Positions 51,856 through 64,000 of a stretch of DNA of 64,000 nt are shown in pieces (within the stretch, counting starts at the first letter, position 1; the number at the start of each line of letters is the position of its first letter). The stretch is from assembly GCA_009914755.4 (NCBI GenBank), contig CP068257.2, positions 16,960,001 to 17,024,000 of the forward strand, read 5' to 3'. The notes beneath the pieces are model-generated. The model did no database searches, was not told the DNA's origin, and was given only the letters and a program-made list of their open reading frames with translations. Origin of the DNA: the human T2T-CHM13v2.0 reference genome, Homo sapiens. The translations under genes and the position numbers were made by a program.

Positions 51856-53590
51856 CTAGCAAGCCTGAGTTCTTCTCTAGCTACCTTCCACCATATGAAG
51901 ATGCAGCAAGAAGGCCCTCATCAGATGCTAATGCCCTGATCTTGAACTTCCCAGCCTCCAGAATTGTGAGAAATGAAGGTGTACTTTACTTCTTTATACA
52001 TTACCCAATCTGTGGTATTCTGCTATAACAGCACAAAACAGACTAAGACAACCTTTTTCATTCCCTATTTCAGAAAATTGAACATCCATTGTGGTTCAAA
52101 AACAAGAAACCTCAATTTTGCCTTAAATCCCTGTTTCTAAGATGCCATGTTAACATTCCAAAAATATTTTGTTGCTTAGTATCCCCCATAACTATCTGTT
52201 CTTTACATGCTAATTACTACTATTCTGCATGATATTCTCATTTTTCCCCACTGAATTGTTCCTCTTCTTTCTTATAGTTTTCCCTCCCCACAGGCACATG
52301 CTTGCCCAATCACTCCTGTTCTGTTCTTGTCATACTAGCCTCTCAAACCTAAGAATATGATCATGCCATTAACATGGTTTTGGAATTGCCCTGCTTTTAC
52401 CAATAATTTCCTTTTATATGCAGGAAAAAAATTTGAAACCTGTAGACAGCTCAAAGCCCTTCATGGACTCTCTCTGTTGAGTCCCCTCCCCTCCCCTCCT
52501 TCCCTCACAGATTATGCTGCACTCTTCCTCATCTCTGGCAATGCCACACTTTCTCATAGTTTTGTACAGTTATAGTTGTCTTCCCAGGACAGTAAAGATC
52601 CCAGGACCTTTGATTTTCTGTTTTGCCTGAAACTGATTCATCTTCTGGCTTGACTTCAAATCCTGTATTCTCTGTTGAGCCCACTCTGATTTCTCCAAGT
52701 AAACCCAAATACAACTGCATCAATGTTTCACACTTATTAAAAATACGCATTGTATAGAGGTTTCATGTTAATTTCTAATCTGCTTATTTTGTTTGTCTAT
52801 TTTTCACCAGATGTAAGCTCTTGAAACTTGTTTGAAAGGTGTATTCTTCCCTCTGTTATGACAATATAGATTGTAGTGCTGCAATTCAGCTTTTAACATG
52901 GTAAAAAGAACGTTAGATGATGAGTGTGAGATACTTGGATCCACCAAACTTCATCATTGCCATTATCTTCACCGGGGATATCATCTATCTTAGTGCTTAC
53001 TATGCCAGTCATTATGCAAAAAACATTTATAAAATAATGTCTTTTAATACTTGTACCATTTTTCAAGTTAGATAATAACATATTCTCTTTTTATAGATGA
53101 TAAAGTTGAATCAAGAGATTCATCAGGTTGCCTCCAGAGTCTATAGTCTTAATATTGAACTACTTTTCTGAATCCAAGGATTAATTCACAAATCAATTTT
53201 ATGTGCATAACTTCCCCAGTTTTGTTACTGACTAATCTCCATGAATAACAAAACTATTTGCTGGTTTCATTGAAGTTTTAATGCCAATCACACAGTTTCA
53301 TGATACAAGAATATGGGCTTTGGTCATCATACGTGAAAGACACATAAGGGTTTTATTGGACAGCATAGTTGGTCCGATTCAACTATGTTGAATTGACAAA
53401 TTACAATGTGCAATTGTAATTGCAATTCAGCACATTACATAGGCTGAATGTGATCTTATTCTGTGATAACAGAAGCAGCATGACATTCATATTATGAGAG
53501 GTGATCGTCTACCTCTAGTTGCTGTGGGTTAGACTCCACATAGAGAACTACTCTCAGCAATGATGTAATAGGTTTAAAGACATCTGGACT

Positions 53591-53906
<316 letters not shown>

Positions 53907-56107
53907 ACATAGTCTAATTGGGTTAAGTTCAAAGGAAAAGGAAGCTTAATGGAAGAGAGTTTCAAATATACTAAATTTATAATAAAAACAAAAGATGCTG
54001 CAACATTTCACTAGAGAGAACAAAGAGTTGCTTTCCAAGTATTTTAAGAACACTTATGTGGAAGAGAAAGTGAATTTTGATTTGATTTTTATGTCCCTAT
54101 AAATTAGAACTAGGCTTAGTGGTTGAAGCAAGGGTGTCCTGAGATGAAGTGATAGCCTGAAGACTCATGGACTTCACCATAGCTAGAAGTGACCAGGCAT
54201 ATCTCAGATGGAGGTTTAGTGGGGATGGTATAGAGTTTAGATATTAGAAGAATGTTTGGACTACAAATTTAAGATCAACCCAGTCCTATTTTTCTGTGAT
54301 GTTGAGATTGTAATGCTATTGACTTAGTAAACTTTCACATTTATTAAGCATTATATGTATATTTCATTTGTAACTACGTACTTCAAAACAGGAATCAAGG
54401 CAGTTTACTGCTTAAAGAAAAGTGAAGTGTGTCTTCCAATGTAGAGACTTTGATAAGTGCAATGCATTGCCATGTCTTGTGAGAGCCCTTCCACATTTTA
54501 ATGTCAAAACTTGATCTATTGCAAAGCCAAGTGAATTGTTATTCAGAGATATGGAAAATGTATCTAAAAGTGTCCCCATAAATCTGTTGCCAGATTGTGG
54601 TTTACATCAGACTTTAAACATTTAGAATGATGGAAAGTAAACATCATAGAATGATCTAAAATTATACCAAATCTATCAGAAGAATCCTTCATAGTATAAC
54701 GTGAAATGGACATCCTTTTATAGCACTATCAATTTTGTGCTGAGTTTAAACATAAAAAATACTTTTTTGGCAATATTTTCATATTAATAAATTATTTTCA
54801 GGAGGAACATTTTAAAATGAAAAGAAAATGACAAAATAATTTCCAATATCAGAAGATAATTTGATAAATAAAAATAAAATAAAAATAAGAAAGCCATAAA
54901 ATGAAATATATATGGTCATATAATATGCAAGTTGCCAGAAAAAATAGTTTACTTTTAAAAATTATCCCCAGATAAAAATTTCAATCTCAACTAATTTCAT
55001 TAAAATTGAACCTGATTAAAATTCATTTGAGCCCTTGGATGGGGCAATTACTGTTAGCAAGACTATGTGGAATTCTATACTTCAAATTCTTCTCACCTGA
55101 CTCAGTGAATAGAATTTCAAATGAAAATTACATTGTATATAACAGGAGAGGATTTTACGCTTTAAAATGCTACTATATGGGAACTAGAGAATGTTTTTAC
55201 ATTAACCAAATAAAATATTTAATTTATACCCAGTAGTAAAGTTTAAAAATACTAAAACATTTGCCTCATTCACATTTACTAAATTGCAACTTCCAAGTAG
55301 ACATCCCTGCCTCCTCTGTGTCCTGAGAATTTTACTCCATTTTTTAAAATGTGCATATGGGTTGATAAATGTTGTCTACTACCTTGTAAAAAGTTGTGGC
55401 TACCCTTGAGAATTAGTTATTCTTTGCTTAGTGACTGAATCCCCATGAGGTCTCTGACTTTCTAGTTGTCTGTACTCACACAGTGCCTTCCACTGTTTCA
55501 CACTGAATACTAAACTCGCAATATTCCAGAGACTGGGATACATTTCTAGATGGTAGAACTGTGGTATACAATTTTTAGGTTATAACAATAAAGAAACTGA
55601 AACCCCATTAACCAGACGCATGATCATCCCTTACATAGAGTATAAACCAAGTGTAGGGCTTGTCAGTAGCTCTTACATAGAGAATTTAGTATCACATAAA
55701 CAGTCACTTCCTCTCCACAGACACAAAAGTCACTGTGGCTACAGTATCCGTCTCAAGATGCTTTACTGGTAATCTCTATTCATCTACTGTAGTTACTTGA
55801 AAAAAATGAAATCTATTACCTATCCCAGCCCTAAAACTTGAAGGTTCAATGAAGCCTAAAAAGAATAGACAACAAAACTTGGAAATAGATTTAAGAATTC
55901 ATAGTGCATAGAAAGTACTATTGTTAAACTTTTATATAGCTTTAATATTGATTACCTTCTTTTTTTGTAAATTACAGTAGACTTTAGTTAAGGAACAAAC
56001 ACTGGGAAGGAGAAATCAGAAAGTCTCTTACTTTTCAGTGAAGGCGATTTGCTGATTATAAAAAATTGTGGTGATGAACGTATCTTTTTAGCATGATGAT
56101 CTATTTT

Positions 56108-56601
56108 CCTTTAGGTATACACCCTGTAATGGAAGTGCTGGGTTGAATGGTAACAGTTTTAAGTTCTTTGAGAAATCTCCAAACTGCTTTCCACAGTGCT
56201 ACACTACGCACAATAGCAAAGACATGGAATCAACCTAAGTGCCCATCAATGGGTTGGATATGATACACTGTGGAATACTATGCAGCCATAAAAAAGGATG
56301 AAATCATGTCTTTTGCAGCAACATGGATGGAACTGGAGGCTGTAATCCTAACTGAACTGACACAGGAGCAAAAAACCAAGTACTACATGTTGTCACAAAT
56401 AGGTGCAAACATTAAGCACACATGGACATAAACATGGAAACAATGGATACTATGCACTACTAGAGCGGGGAGGGAAAGGTGGGATTAGGTTGAAAAAATA
56501 CCTATTGGGCACAATGCTCGCTACCCACGTGCAATACACTCATGCAACAAACCTGCACATGACCCCATCTCTAAAATAATAGTTTAAATAAAAAAAAAAA
56601 A
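56108..56601 (+). mobile_element. L1 3'-terminal fragment (ORF2 C-terminus plus 3'UTR) with an internal deletion
   Basis: ttaggtatacaccctgtaatggaagtgctgggttgaatggtaacagttttaagttctttgagaaatctccaaactgctttccacagtg joins directly to ctacactacgcacaatagcaaagacatggaatcaacctaagtgcccatcaatgggttggatatgatacactgtggaatactatgcagccataaaaaaggatgaaatcatgtcttttgcagcaacatggatggaactggaggctgtaatcctaactgaactgacacaggagcaaaaaaccaagtactacatgttgtcacaaataggtgcaaacattaagcacacatggacataaacatgg ... gcaacaaacctgcacatgaccccatctctaaaataatagtttaaataaaaaaaaaaaa. Relative to the L1 consensus, about 0.6-0.7 kb between ttccacagtg and cacaatagcaaag is missing. Confidence 0.75.
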
Positions 56602-56617
56602 TCTTCTTAAGTAGTAA

Positions 56618-56964
<347 letters not shown>

Positions 56965-58364
56965 CTGTTGATATTTATTTAGGGTTTTCATGAGTATGGA
57001 GTGAAGGAAGTGGAAGGTTATAATTACAAAAAAAAATTGATGAAAAAGAGAAAAAAAATTTTATGAACACAGTGAAGAGCTCACTCATAACTCAATGAGT
57101 GGAGTAATAGAGCATTATGGAGAGTCCCCACATCATATTAATATCATCATAACAGACATATAAGAAAAATTTAGACTTAGAAGAAGACATACATTAGGCA
57201 ACAAAAAGTCCTCTAAATGGTGGATATTTATTTCATGTAAATAAAATACTCAATTAGAGAAACAATTTTTTGTAACTGGAGCTTAGGTCCACTTCAGAAA
57301 ATAGTTTTAAAATAAACAATATTTATTTCTTCCTTCAAAAATAGTTTTGAGTATAATAGAATTTATAAAGAATTAGAGTAAACTTTATATATATATCTAT
57401 TAAAATATTTCATGTTATAAATTGAAAGAAAAATATACTTATGTATAGATGCTAGAAACCTTAAGGGGACTCAAATATGCTACTTTGTGTTTACTTTTTT
57501 TCCTATTCCTCCTAAGAGCAGTGAACATCTAAATATATGTAGTCTGTGCTTCTACCCTAATGTTTATGGTAATTTGTAACTGAGAAGCTGACATTTTTAG
57601 TGCTAATAATTGTCAACACGACTTTATAAAAATTAAGCCTTGGAAATGCAATACTTTAGAGAAATCCCTTTGATCTTAAAATAATGTTTTTGAGCTCTAA
57701 GTTATTTTACATTATACACAGGTACTTATATTTCATTATATGAAACAAACTAGGCACTTGTGTGTTTTTTAAAATTGGGAATTAAAAGAATCTATACAAA
57801 CGTTTTTTATTAGAATGTCAGAAATACTTTCTAAAATGATATAGTTAGTTAATTCTCTCTGTGAACTCTAAAAACCCAGGAATTTTCAAGTTATGTCCAG
57901 TTATATGGAAATGACCAATTCCCAATGTCTCCTTGGCATAATAAATTTAATTCACTATATGGAAACTCTAAACTAAAATAATACTATAGGGCACTATAGA
58001 CTCTCTAAAGGTGCCCCTTACTCAACACTAAAATATAACTGCCTTTAGAATAAAGCACTTTAATATACTTTGCTGCCATCACCATTCACTAGAGAATTAC
58101 AGCCATGGAAATGAGGGCGTGTTTTAAGTGTTTCTTACTCATAGTCCACCAACAATTTAAAAATTTTGTGTAGCACCATAAAACAGTCAATGGATAATCA
58201 AAACATCATATACCCAAAGCTTATTTGCCTACAGTAAAAAAAAAAAAAAGTGCTTTTACTATAGACAACAAATACTTTCACAGCTAGCATTTCATTCAAA
58301 ATTATATGGAAGCATCTTGCTTACTAAGTGAGACATCTAGCTATCTTTCACTGTCATATTTTTT

Positions 58365-59230
58365 ATTGGCTTGATTGGGGTGCAATTGACATACAATTAA
58401 CTGTGCATACTTAAAGTGTTAACAAGAAGATATTTGACAGATGTCAGTCCTATGATAATAAATATATCATATATGTCACTTGCAAAGATTCTTTGTGCCA
58501 CTAAGTAATCCCATTTTCCTATCCCCATTCCACTCCACCCTTAATCCCAAGCAATTATTGATCAGTTTTCTATAACTATAGATTAGCTTAAATTTTCTAG
58601 AATAATTGAAATAAAACGGCATGTACTCTTTGTCTATCTTCCTTCACTCACAGTAATTATTTGAGATCCATGTATAGTAATATAGTAATGTGTTATACTA
58701 GTTCATTATTTTTTATTAATATGTAGCATTTCATTGCATAAATATATCACAGTATATTTATTTGTTCACCTGTTTATAGGCACATCATTGCTTCCGCTTT
58801 GGGTTATTACAAATGATATTGCTATAAATATCTATGTACATGGGTTTGTATGGCGTCTGTTTTCATATATTTTGGGCAAATATTGAAGAGTGGATTAGCT
58901 GGATCATATGGTACATATATATTTAACTTTTAAAAAATGTGCCAAAATATTTTCCAAAATGGTTTTGCCATTTTGCATTCCATCAGCAGTGTAAAAAAGT
59001 TACAGTTTCTCTACATCCTCAACACTTGGTAGGGTCAGCTATTTTAATTTTCACCATTCTAATTTCTGTGCTTTTGTAACTCGTTGTGGCACAAATTGGA
59101 ATTTCCCTTTAAAAATGTTGTCTTTTGTATTTTGTCCATATGTGTGGTTGTTTCAGTCAGGAAGATATTTCTTGTCCAGTTCCCTCCATCTTGGCCAGAA
59201 ATAGATGTCCCCATTAGTAGAAAATTTTAA
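58365..59230 (-). mobile_element. Older L1 (L1MA/L1PB-like) 3' portion, minus orientation
   Basis: tttattggcttgattggggtgcaattgacatacaattaactgtgcatacttaaagtgttaacaag ... gatgtcagtcctatgataataaatatatcatatatgtcacttgc carries the same 3'-end signature as at 41395. The following ...gtagcatttcattgcataaatatatcacagtatatttatttgttcacctgtttataggcacatcattgc ... tatctatgtacatgggtttgtatggcgtctgttttcatatattttgggcaaatattgaagagtggattagctggatcatatggtacatatatatttaac ... gccattttgcattccatcagcagtgtaaaaaagttacagtttctctacatcctcaacacttggtagg parallels the L1 antisense consensus from memory (atagtattccatggtgtatatgtgccacattttc ... tgcatgtgtctttatagcagcatgatttatagtcctttgggtatatacccagtaatgggatggctgggtcaaatggtatttctag ... 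cccaccaacagtgtaaaagtgttcctatttctccacatcctctccagcacctgttg). Confidence 0.65.
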
Positions 59231-60841
59231 AGGCAAATAAATAAATAAATAATGAATGAAAAAGTAAACAACAGATAACATGATAACATGAGATGATAAT
59301 ATGCTTGAACATTAGATGATAAAAGCATTGAATTAAAAAAATCACAAAAGACTAAGAACATAAACCCAATGTATCATCATAGCTCCATAAGCTATTGACT
59401 TTTGTTTTACTAGAGAGATGTATGCATTGTAATTATTACACTTTCCTGAATCTAGGGATTTTATGACATAAGTGTAGTTTATTCAACCTTGACTGAATTT
59501 TCTTCTCTACCATCTCAATGATATCCTTCTTTGAGTCATTACAATTATAATATAATCAGACTTTGTGCTTGGAGGCAATGAAAATTAATCCTTAAGTTCC
59601 AAGAAAGCAGACACTGTTCTGTTCACTGTCATATCTCTTACTCAGAACATTTTCTGTGACAGAGTATCTACAAACACTACATGAATGATTAAATTATAGT
59701 GAAAGAATACATTAAATAGATGTTCTAATTGTATTTATAAACTTAATTATAATTAATGTATAATTAGTGGCATTTAAAAAATTATAAGGCATATTATTGT
59801 ATTGAACATATGTACTACCTATGTTCAATGAGGTATGTCTGCATTATTGAAGATACATTTTATCATAAAAAGGATTAGATTGTATATAATAATATAGTAA
59901 TACTATGATATACAATGCTTTGGGTAGTCACAATGACTCCAAGCTTCTTTTTAAATAACTGCAGAGTTCACTGTAATAACAGGCTTTAGGAGCACAGAGC
60001 TTGCATTCACTGAGTCATCATTTAACACTTTTTTTTTTATTTTTAACTTCTTTCATAAATACAATTATTAATAAAAATTCTTTTGGAGTTAAACGATCTT
60101 CATTCAATTTTAAGCATCCTGATAAATTTGAAATACAGAAACTATTTTGTGTTATCATTTTAATATAGAGTCAGAATACATACAAGGCAATGCCTATTAC
60201 ATTGGAAGTAGTAGTTACATCAAATTAATTATATCCAATCATTGTCTAAAGAAGAAAATGGAACACCATTCTGATCTACAATTATTTTCAAATATAAATT
60301 GGTGGTTTTAAGCCACAAGGAGTGGGATAGTTTCTGCTTTTCTTTTTAATGAATTTTTTAGAAGTACTTAGTGTAAAGTAATTTATAAATGGAGAATGTT
60401 GTTAGGAACTCCACCAAAACATTGCATCTGTGTCACTTAAGCATTTTTTGTTCTTCTACAAATTACATTACACATAGTATGTCAATGAAGAAAAAATATA
60501 CTTGACCTCAGTGTTAATTATGATCAGCAGTAATTTCCAGAAAATATTCCAGAAAGAAAGAAAATATTAAACATTACTGAGATCAAGATTACCTCACAGT
60601 GGAATCTTTATTTCATACACACGCATACTGAAATTGTTTTCTGTTTTCTGTAGAGACAGAGAAAAACAAAAGTTGTTTTCCTGAATTCTTTACTGTGCAC
60701 CTTCAACAATGCCAATCAATGCATAGAATAGAATGGAGGCCAGGAACAATGGGACAATACAGGAGAGTATAGGTACTCACCAGCCTTCCTGAATGCATAA
60801 AGTAAAAAGAGATATGCAAAAGTCATTGGAAAGATATTTCT

Positions 60842-60872
60842 ATTTGTGTGTGTGTGCACACACACATACCTA
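60842..60872. repeat. (TG)n/(CA)n-rich simple repeat
   Basis: ctatttgtgtgtgtgtgcacacacacatacc seen directly. Confidence 0.5.
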
Positions 60873-61469
60873 AACAATAGTGCAGACACCCAAAAACAAT
60901 GAGGAAAAAATACCAATCAGTTTCAATTTCTTGCAGCCTAAAAGGCTGTTTAACTATGGAATAAAAATTTATGTCCTGATGGGGAATCTGTTTTCACTTA
61001 GATTCCTCAGTGCAACAGAGAAAACTGAGCAGAACACACAGGGCCATAAACAGTAGAAGTTTTGGTTTCTGAAAGAAACAGGTCTGTGGGGCTTTGTACA
61101 TAGAAGTAGAAATCATTCCAGAAATTATTGGTAAAGGTATTACATATAAGATAAGGCATATTATTTCAGCAACATTTTTCAAAGGTTTTCTAGTCTGCAA
61201 AGCCTCCTAATGAACATTATCAATAAAGATTGTATATATGTAAACCAAAAATAAAATTCTAAGCATCCCCCCCCACCACCCAACCATCTGAATGGACTTC
61301 CTCCTCAGCCAGGGCCCTCTTTTGTTTGTTTGTTTGTTTTTTAAAGAAAATATTTTAATGTTCATGGAAAGTGAATTTTCTTTTTTCCTTTTTTTTTGCA
61401 GCATACTTTATTTATTTATTTATTTACTTTTAAAGTTTTTTCCTGGTCAGCAAGGGGCACTCTTAAAAT

Positions 61470-61975
61470 GCAACTGAAGAGACAGTTTCAGGCCATGACG
61501 GGAAGTGGGTATTGGACCTACCTCATTACGTGTCTCCAGCATTAACATCAACACAGACTTTAAGTCTGATAAGAAACATTTTACAACCTATTCTCTCTGA
61601 AGCCTGCTATCTGAAGGCTTCCTCTGCAAATAAGAACTTTGTTCCCCAGCAACCTCTTGTCTTAACCCAGACATTCCTTGCTATTGATCCCAGGTCTTTA
61701 GAGAAACTCAACCCATTTTCAACTGGAACATTCTTAAGTCTACCTATAGGCTGGAAGTCCCCGCTTTGAGCTGTCCCACCTTTCTGGATCAAACCAATGT
61801 ATTTCTTAAATGTATTTGATTGATATCTCATGCCTCCCTAAAATGTATAAAACCAAGCTGCGCCCCGACCACCTTGGGCACGTGTTCTCAGGATCTCCTG
61901 AGGGCTGTCATGGGCCATGGTCACTCATATTTGGCTCTGAATAAATCTCTTCAAATATTTTAGAGTTTGACTATT
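61470..61975 (+). mobile_element. Candidate ERV (ERV1-like) solo LTR with TATA-box and poly(A)-signal motifs
   Basis: Starts TG (tgaagagacagtttcagg...). Contains ...ctataggctggaagtccccgctttgagctgtcccacctttctggatcaaaccaatgtatttc (CCAAT-like), ...ccctaaaatgtataaaaccaagctgcgccccgaccaccttgggcacgtgttctcagg (TATAAAA), and ...ggctctgaataaatctcttcaaatattttagag (AATAAA). This matches the U3-R-U5 layout typical of retroviral LTRs. Several CpGs are retained. The family is not assigned. Confidence 0.4.
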
Positions 61976-63265
61976 TTCATCAACATATAAAAGGAGCTTT
62001 GTTTAATTAATAAACTGATGGTGAAATAAGAAGACTAAATACATGAAAACAGTATGTTGGCACAGACTAAAATGATGTAGTCAATGTGGGGGTTACAACA
62101 CGGCTATGGTGATATAAGAATATGAATCAGAACAGACTTTTAGGCATCTATTGCAAAGGACTCTCACTTTTTCTTTGGAGAAAAAAATAGGAAAATGTAT
62201 TAGCTTGTCTTGAATGCACAATAATTTTATATGTTTATTGTATAAAGTGGAATAAGTCATGCCCTCAGAACTTTTGCATTCTATGCACCTGCAAAAGTAG
62301 CACTGCATAGACCCCATCAAGGTTTCCAGCTTGCACCATCCACAGCAGTGGGTTGAGCTGCACCTGTTCCTGCCTGGGCTTCTGGTGAGGCAGCCGAGGA
62401 GCACTGCATAGAAATGCATGAAGCAGACACTGGATGCAGTGCAACACAGCAAATGCTGAGGTTCCCTGGGTCACCCTAGGCCTCTCTTTTGACATATTTT
62501 CTTCCCCCAGGCCTTGGCACTCTGGGCCTGTGATTGGAGGGGCAGTACAGAGGCTCTTCCAAGTGCCTTTGGGATCATTCTTTTATTATCCTGATGAGTA
62601 GCCTCTGGTTTCATTTAATTCATCCCAATCTCCTTATCAAATGGTCACTTGGCCACACCCTTGATTTTCCCTCTTGAAAATGCTTCTTCAATCTCTATCA
62701 CATAGCCAGACCGAAAATATTTCACAACCCTAAATTCTGTTTTTCTTCTAGTTAAAATTCTGTCTTTAAATCATTTTTTTCACACAGTACTATATGCAAT
62801 TAAAAGCCACACAGCATCCTGAATGCTTTGCTGCTTAGCTATTTCTTCTGCCAAATATCTTACTTTATCACACTTAAATGCTGTCTTTCATAAAGCCCTA
62901 GGACACTGATACAATTCAGCCCAGCTCTTTGCCAACATAAAACAAGGATGGTATTTTCTCCAGTTTGTAATATCTTCTTCCTCATTTACATCTGAGCCCT
63001 CTTCAAAATGGTCTTTACTGTCTATATTTCTACCAATATTTTGGTCATGACCACTTAAATCATGTCTAAGAAGGTCCAGACTTTCCCTACAGTTCTTCTC
63101 TTCTGAGTCCTCACCAGAATTGCCCTTAGTGCTTCTTCTGTGACAATATGGGCTTTTTCTAGTGTGCCCTTCTAAATTCTTTCAGTCTCATCCCATTACC
63201 CACATCCAAAGGTGCTTCCACATTTGCAGGGATTTGTTACAGCAACACTCACTCTCCGGCCCCAA

Positions 63266-63669
63266 TTTTCTGTCTCAGTCCATTTTGGGTTGCTCTAATA
63301 GAATACTACAGATTGGGTAATTTAACAGAAATTCATTTTAACAGAAATTCATTGGCTCACCATTCTGGAGGCTGTGACATCCAAGATCAAGGGGCCAGCA
63401 TCTGGTGAGGGCCGGCTTGTTGCATCGTCTGATTGCAGGAGGGCAAGTAGAGGGCAACAAAGGGAGGGCAAGTGGGGCCACACTCCCCCTTCTATAAGAA
63501 ACCCACAACCATGATAAGGGACACTGCTGCAATAAAAGCATTAATCTTTTTATAAAGCTGGGGCCCCTCAACCCAGACTTCTCTTAAAGATCCCCTCTTT
63601 CAACACTGTTGCATTGAGTATTAAGTTTTGAATACACATCTTATGGGGGAAAACATTCAAACCATAGCA
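63266..63669 (-). mobile_element. ERVL-MaLR LTR (MST/MLT-like), same family as 11718-12345; an MLT1-like fragment follows to about 63800
   Basis: tctcagtccattttgggttgctctaatagaatactacagattgggtaatttaacagaaattcatt ... ggctcaccattctggaggctgtgacatccaagatcaaggggccagcatctggtgagggcc ... cccttctataagaaacc ... ggggaaaacattcaaaccatagca. It is followed by cccatcttcaaagtcagcaatggaagatcagtcccctctcatgctttgaatc ... atctctctgactgacttgctgcc, an MLT1-like motif set (ccatcttcaaagccagcaatgg ... ctcatgcttcaaatctctctgacttcctcttctgcc). Confidence 0.65.
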
Positions 63670-64000
63670 CCCACCTTTTCCCATCTTCAAAGTCAGCAAT
63701 GGAAGATCAGTCCCCTCTCATGCTTTGAATCATTCCTGCTTTCTTCATCATCATATCTCTCTGACTGACTTGCTGCCCAAAACGCAGCCAAGTGACTTAA
63801 ACGGTGCCAACTCAGACTGTTAAAACTAGAAAAGCTAAAGATGCAAACTTTGCCTTTCTAAATATTTTATTATTCCTATCGAAGAACCTCACATATTGTT
63901 CCATGATACTTTCTGACTATGAACAAGGTGATAAAATATAAGCCTATTCGTTGCTATGTTTGAAATGGAAATAGAAAAATAGAAAAGAATAACATGTGGC

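Overview
This window reads as primate (human-type) nuclear genomic DNA, AT-rich (roughly mid-30s % GC by eye) and gene-poor. It is not a prokaryotic or viral locus. Evidence: primate-specific Alu SINEs, several with recognisable target-site duplications (seven by my count, one of them internally deleted); L1 LINEs on both strands, including a 4.9-kb 5'-truncated L1 with recognisable ORF1/ORF2 remnants; several ERVL-MaLR solo LTRs (THE1/MST/MLT1-like); MIR fragments; a Tigger-family non-autonomous DNA transposon; simple-sequence repeats; and long A/T tracts. Most of the listed >=60-aa ORFs fall inside these repeats (L1 ORF remnants, Alu, poly-T) or are short stop-free stretches with no coding signal. 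The one possible host-gene element is a candidate terminal coding exon with 3'UTR at about 7920-8510. It is low confidence and I cannot match it to a known protein. I do not see an operon-like or defence-system-like novel biological system and do not wish to invent one. The observations worth a second look are structural: a roughly 265-bp inverted repeat pair at 16.1/17.2-17.7 kb, a 38-bp tandem triplication, a (TATC)12 STR, a 140-bp dispersed duplication flanked by a 13-bp direct repeat, nested TE insertions that give a relative chronology, and an ERV-type LTR with intact-looking promoter and poly(A) motifs. All coordinates are by-eye estimates (repeat boundaries roughly +/-10-30 bp). Subfamily names are from memory of consensus sequences, not database searches.
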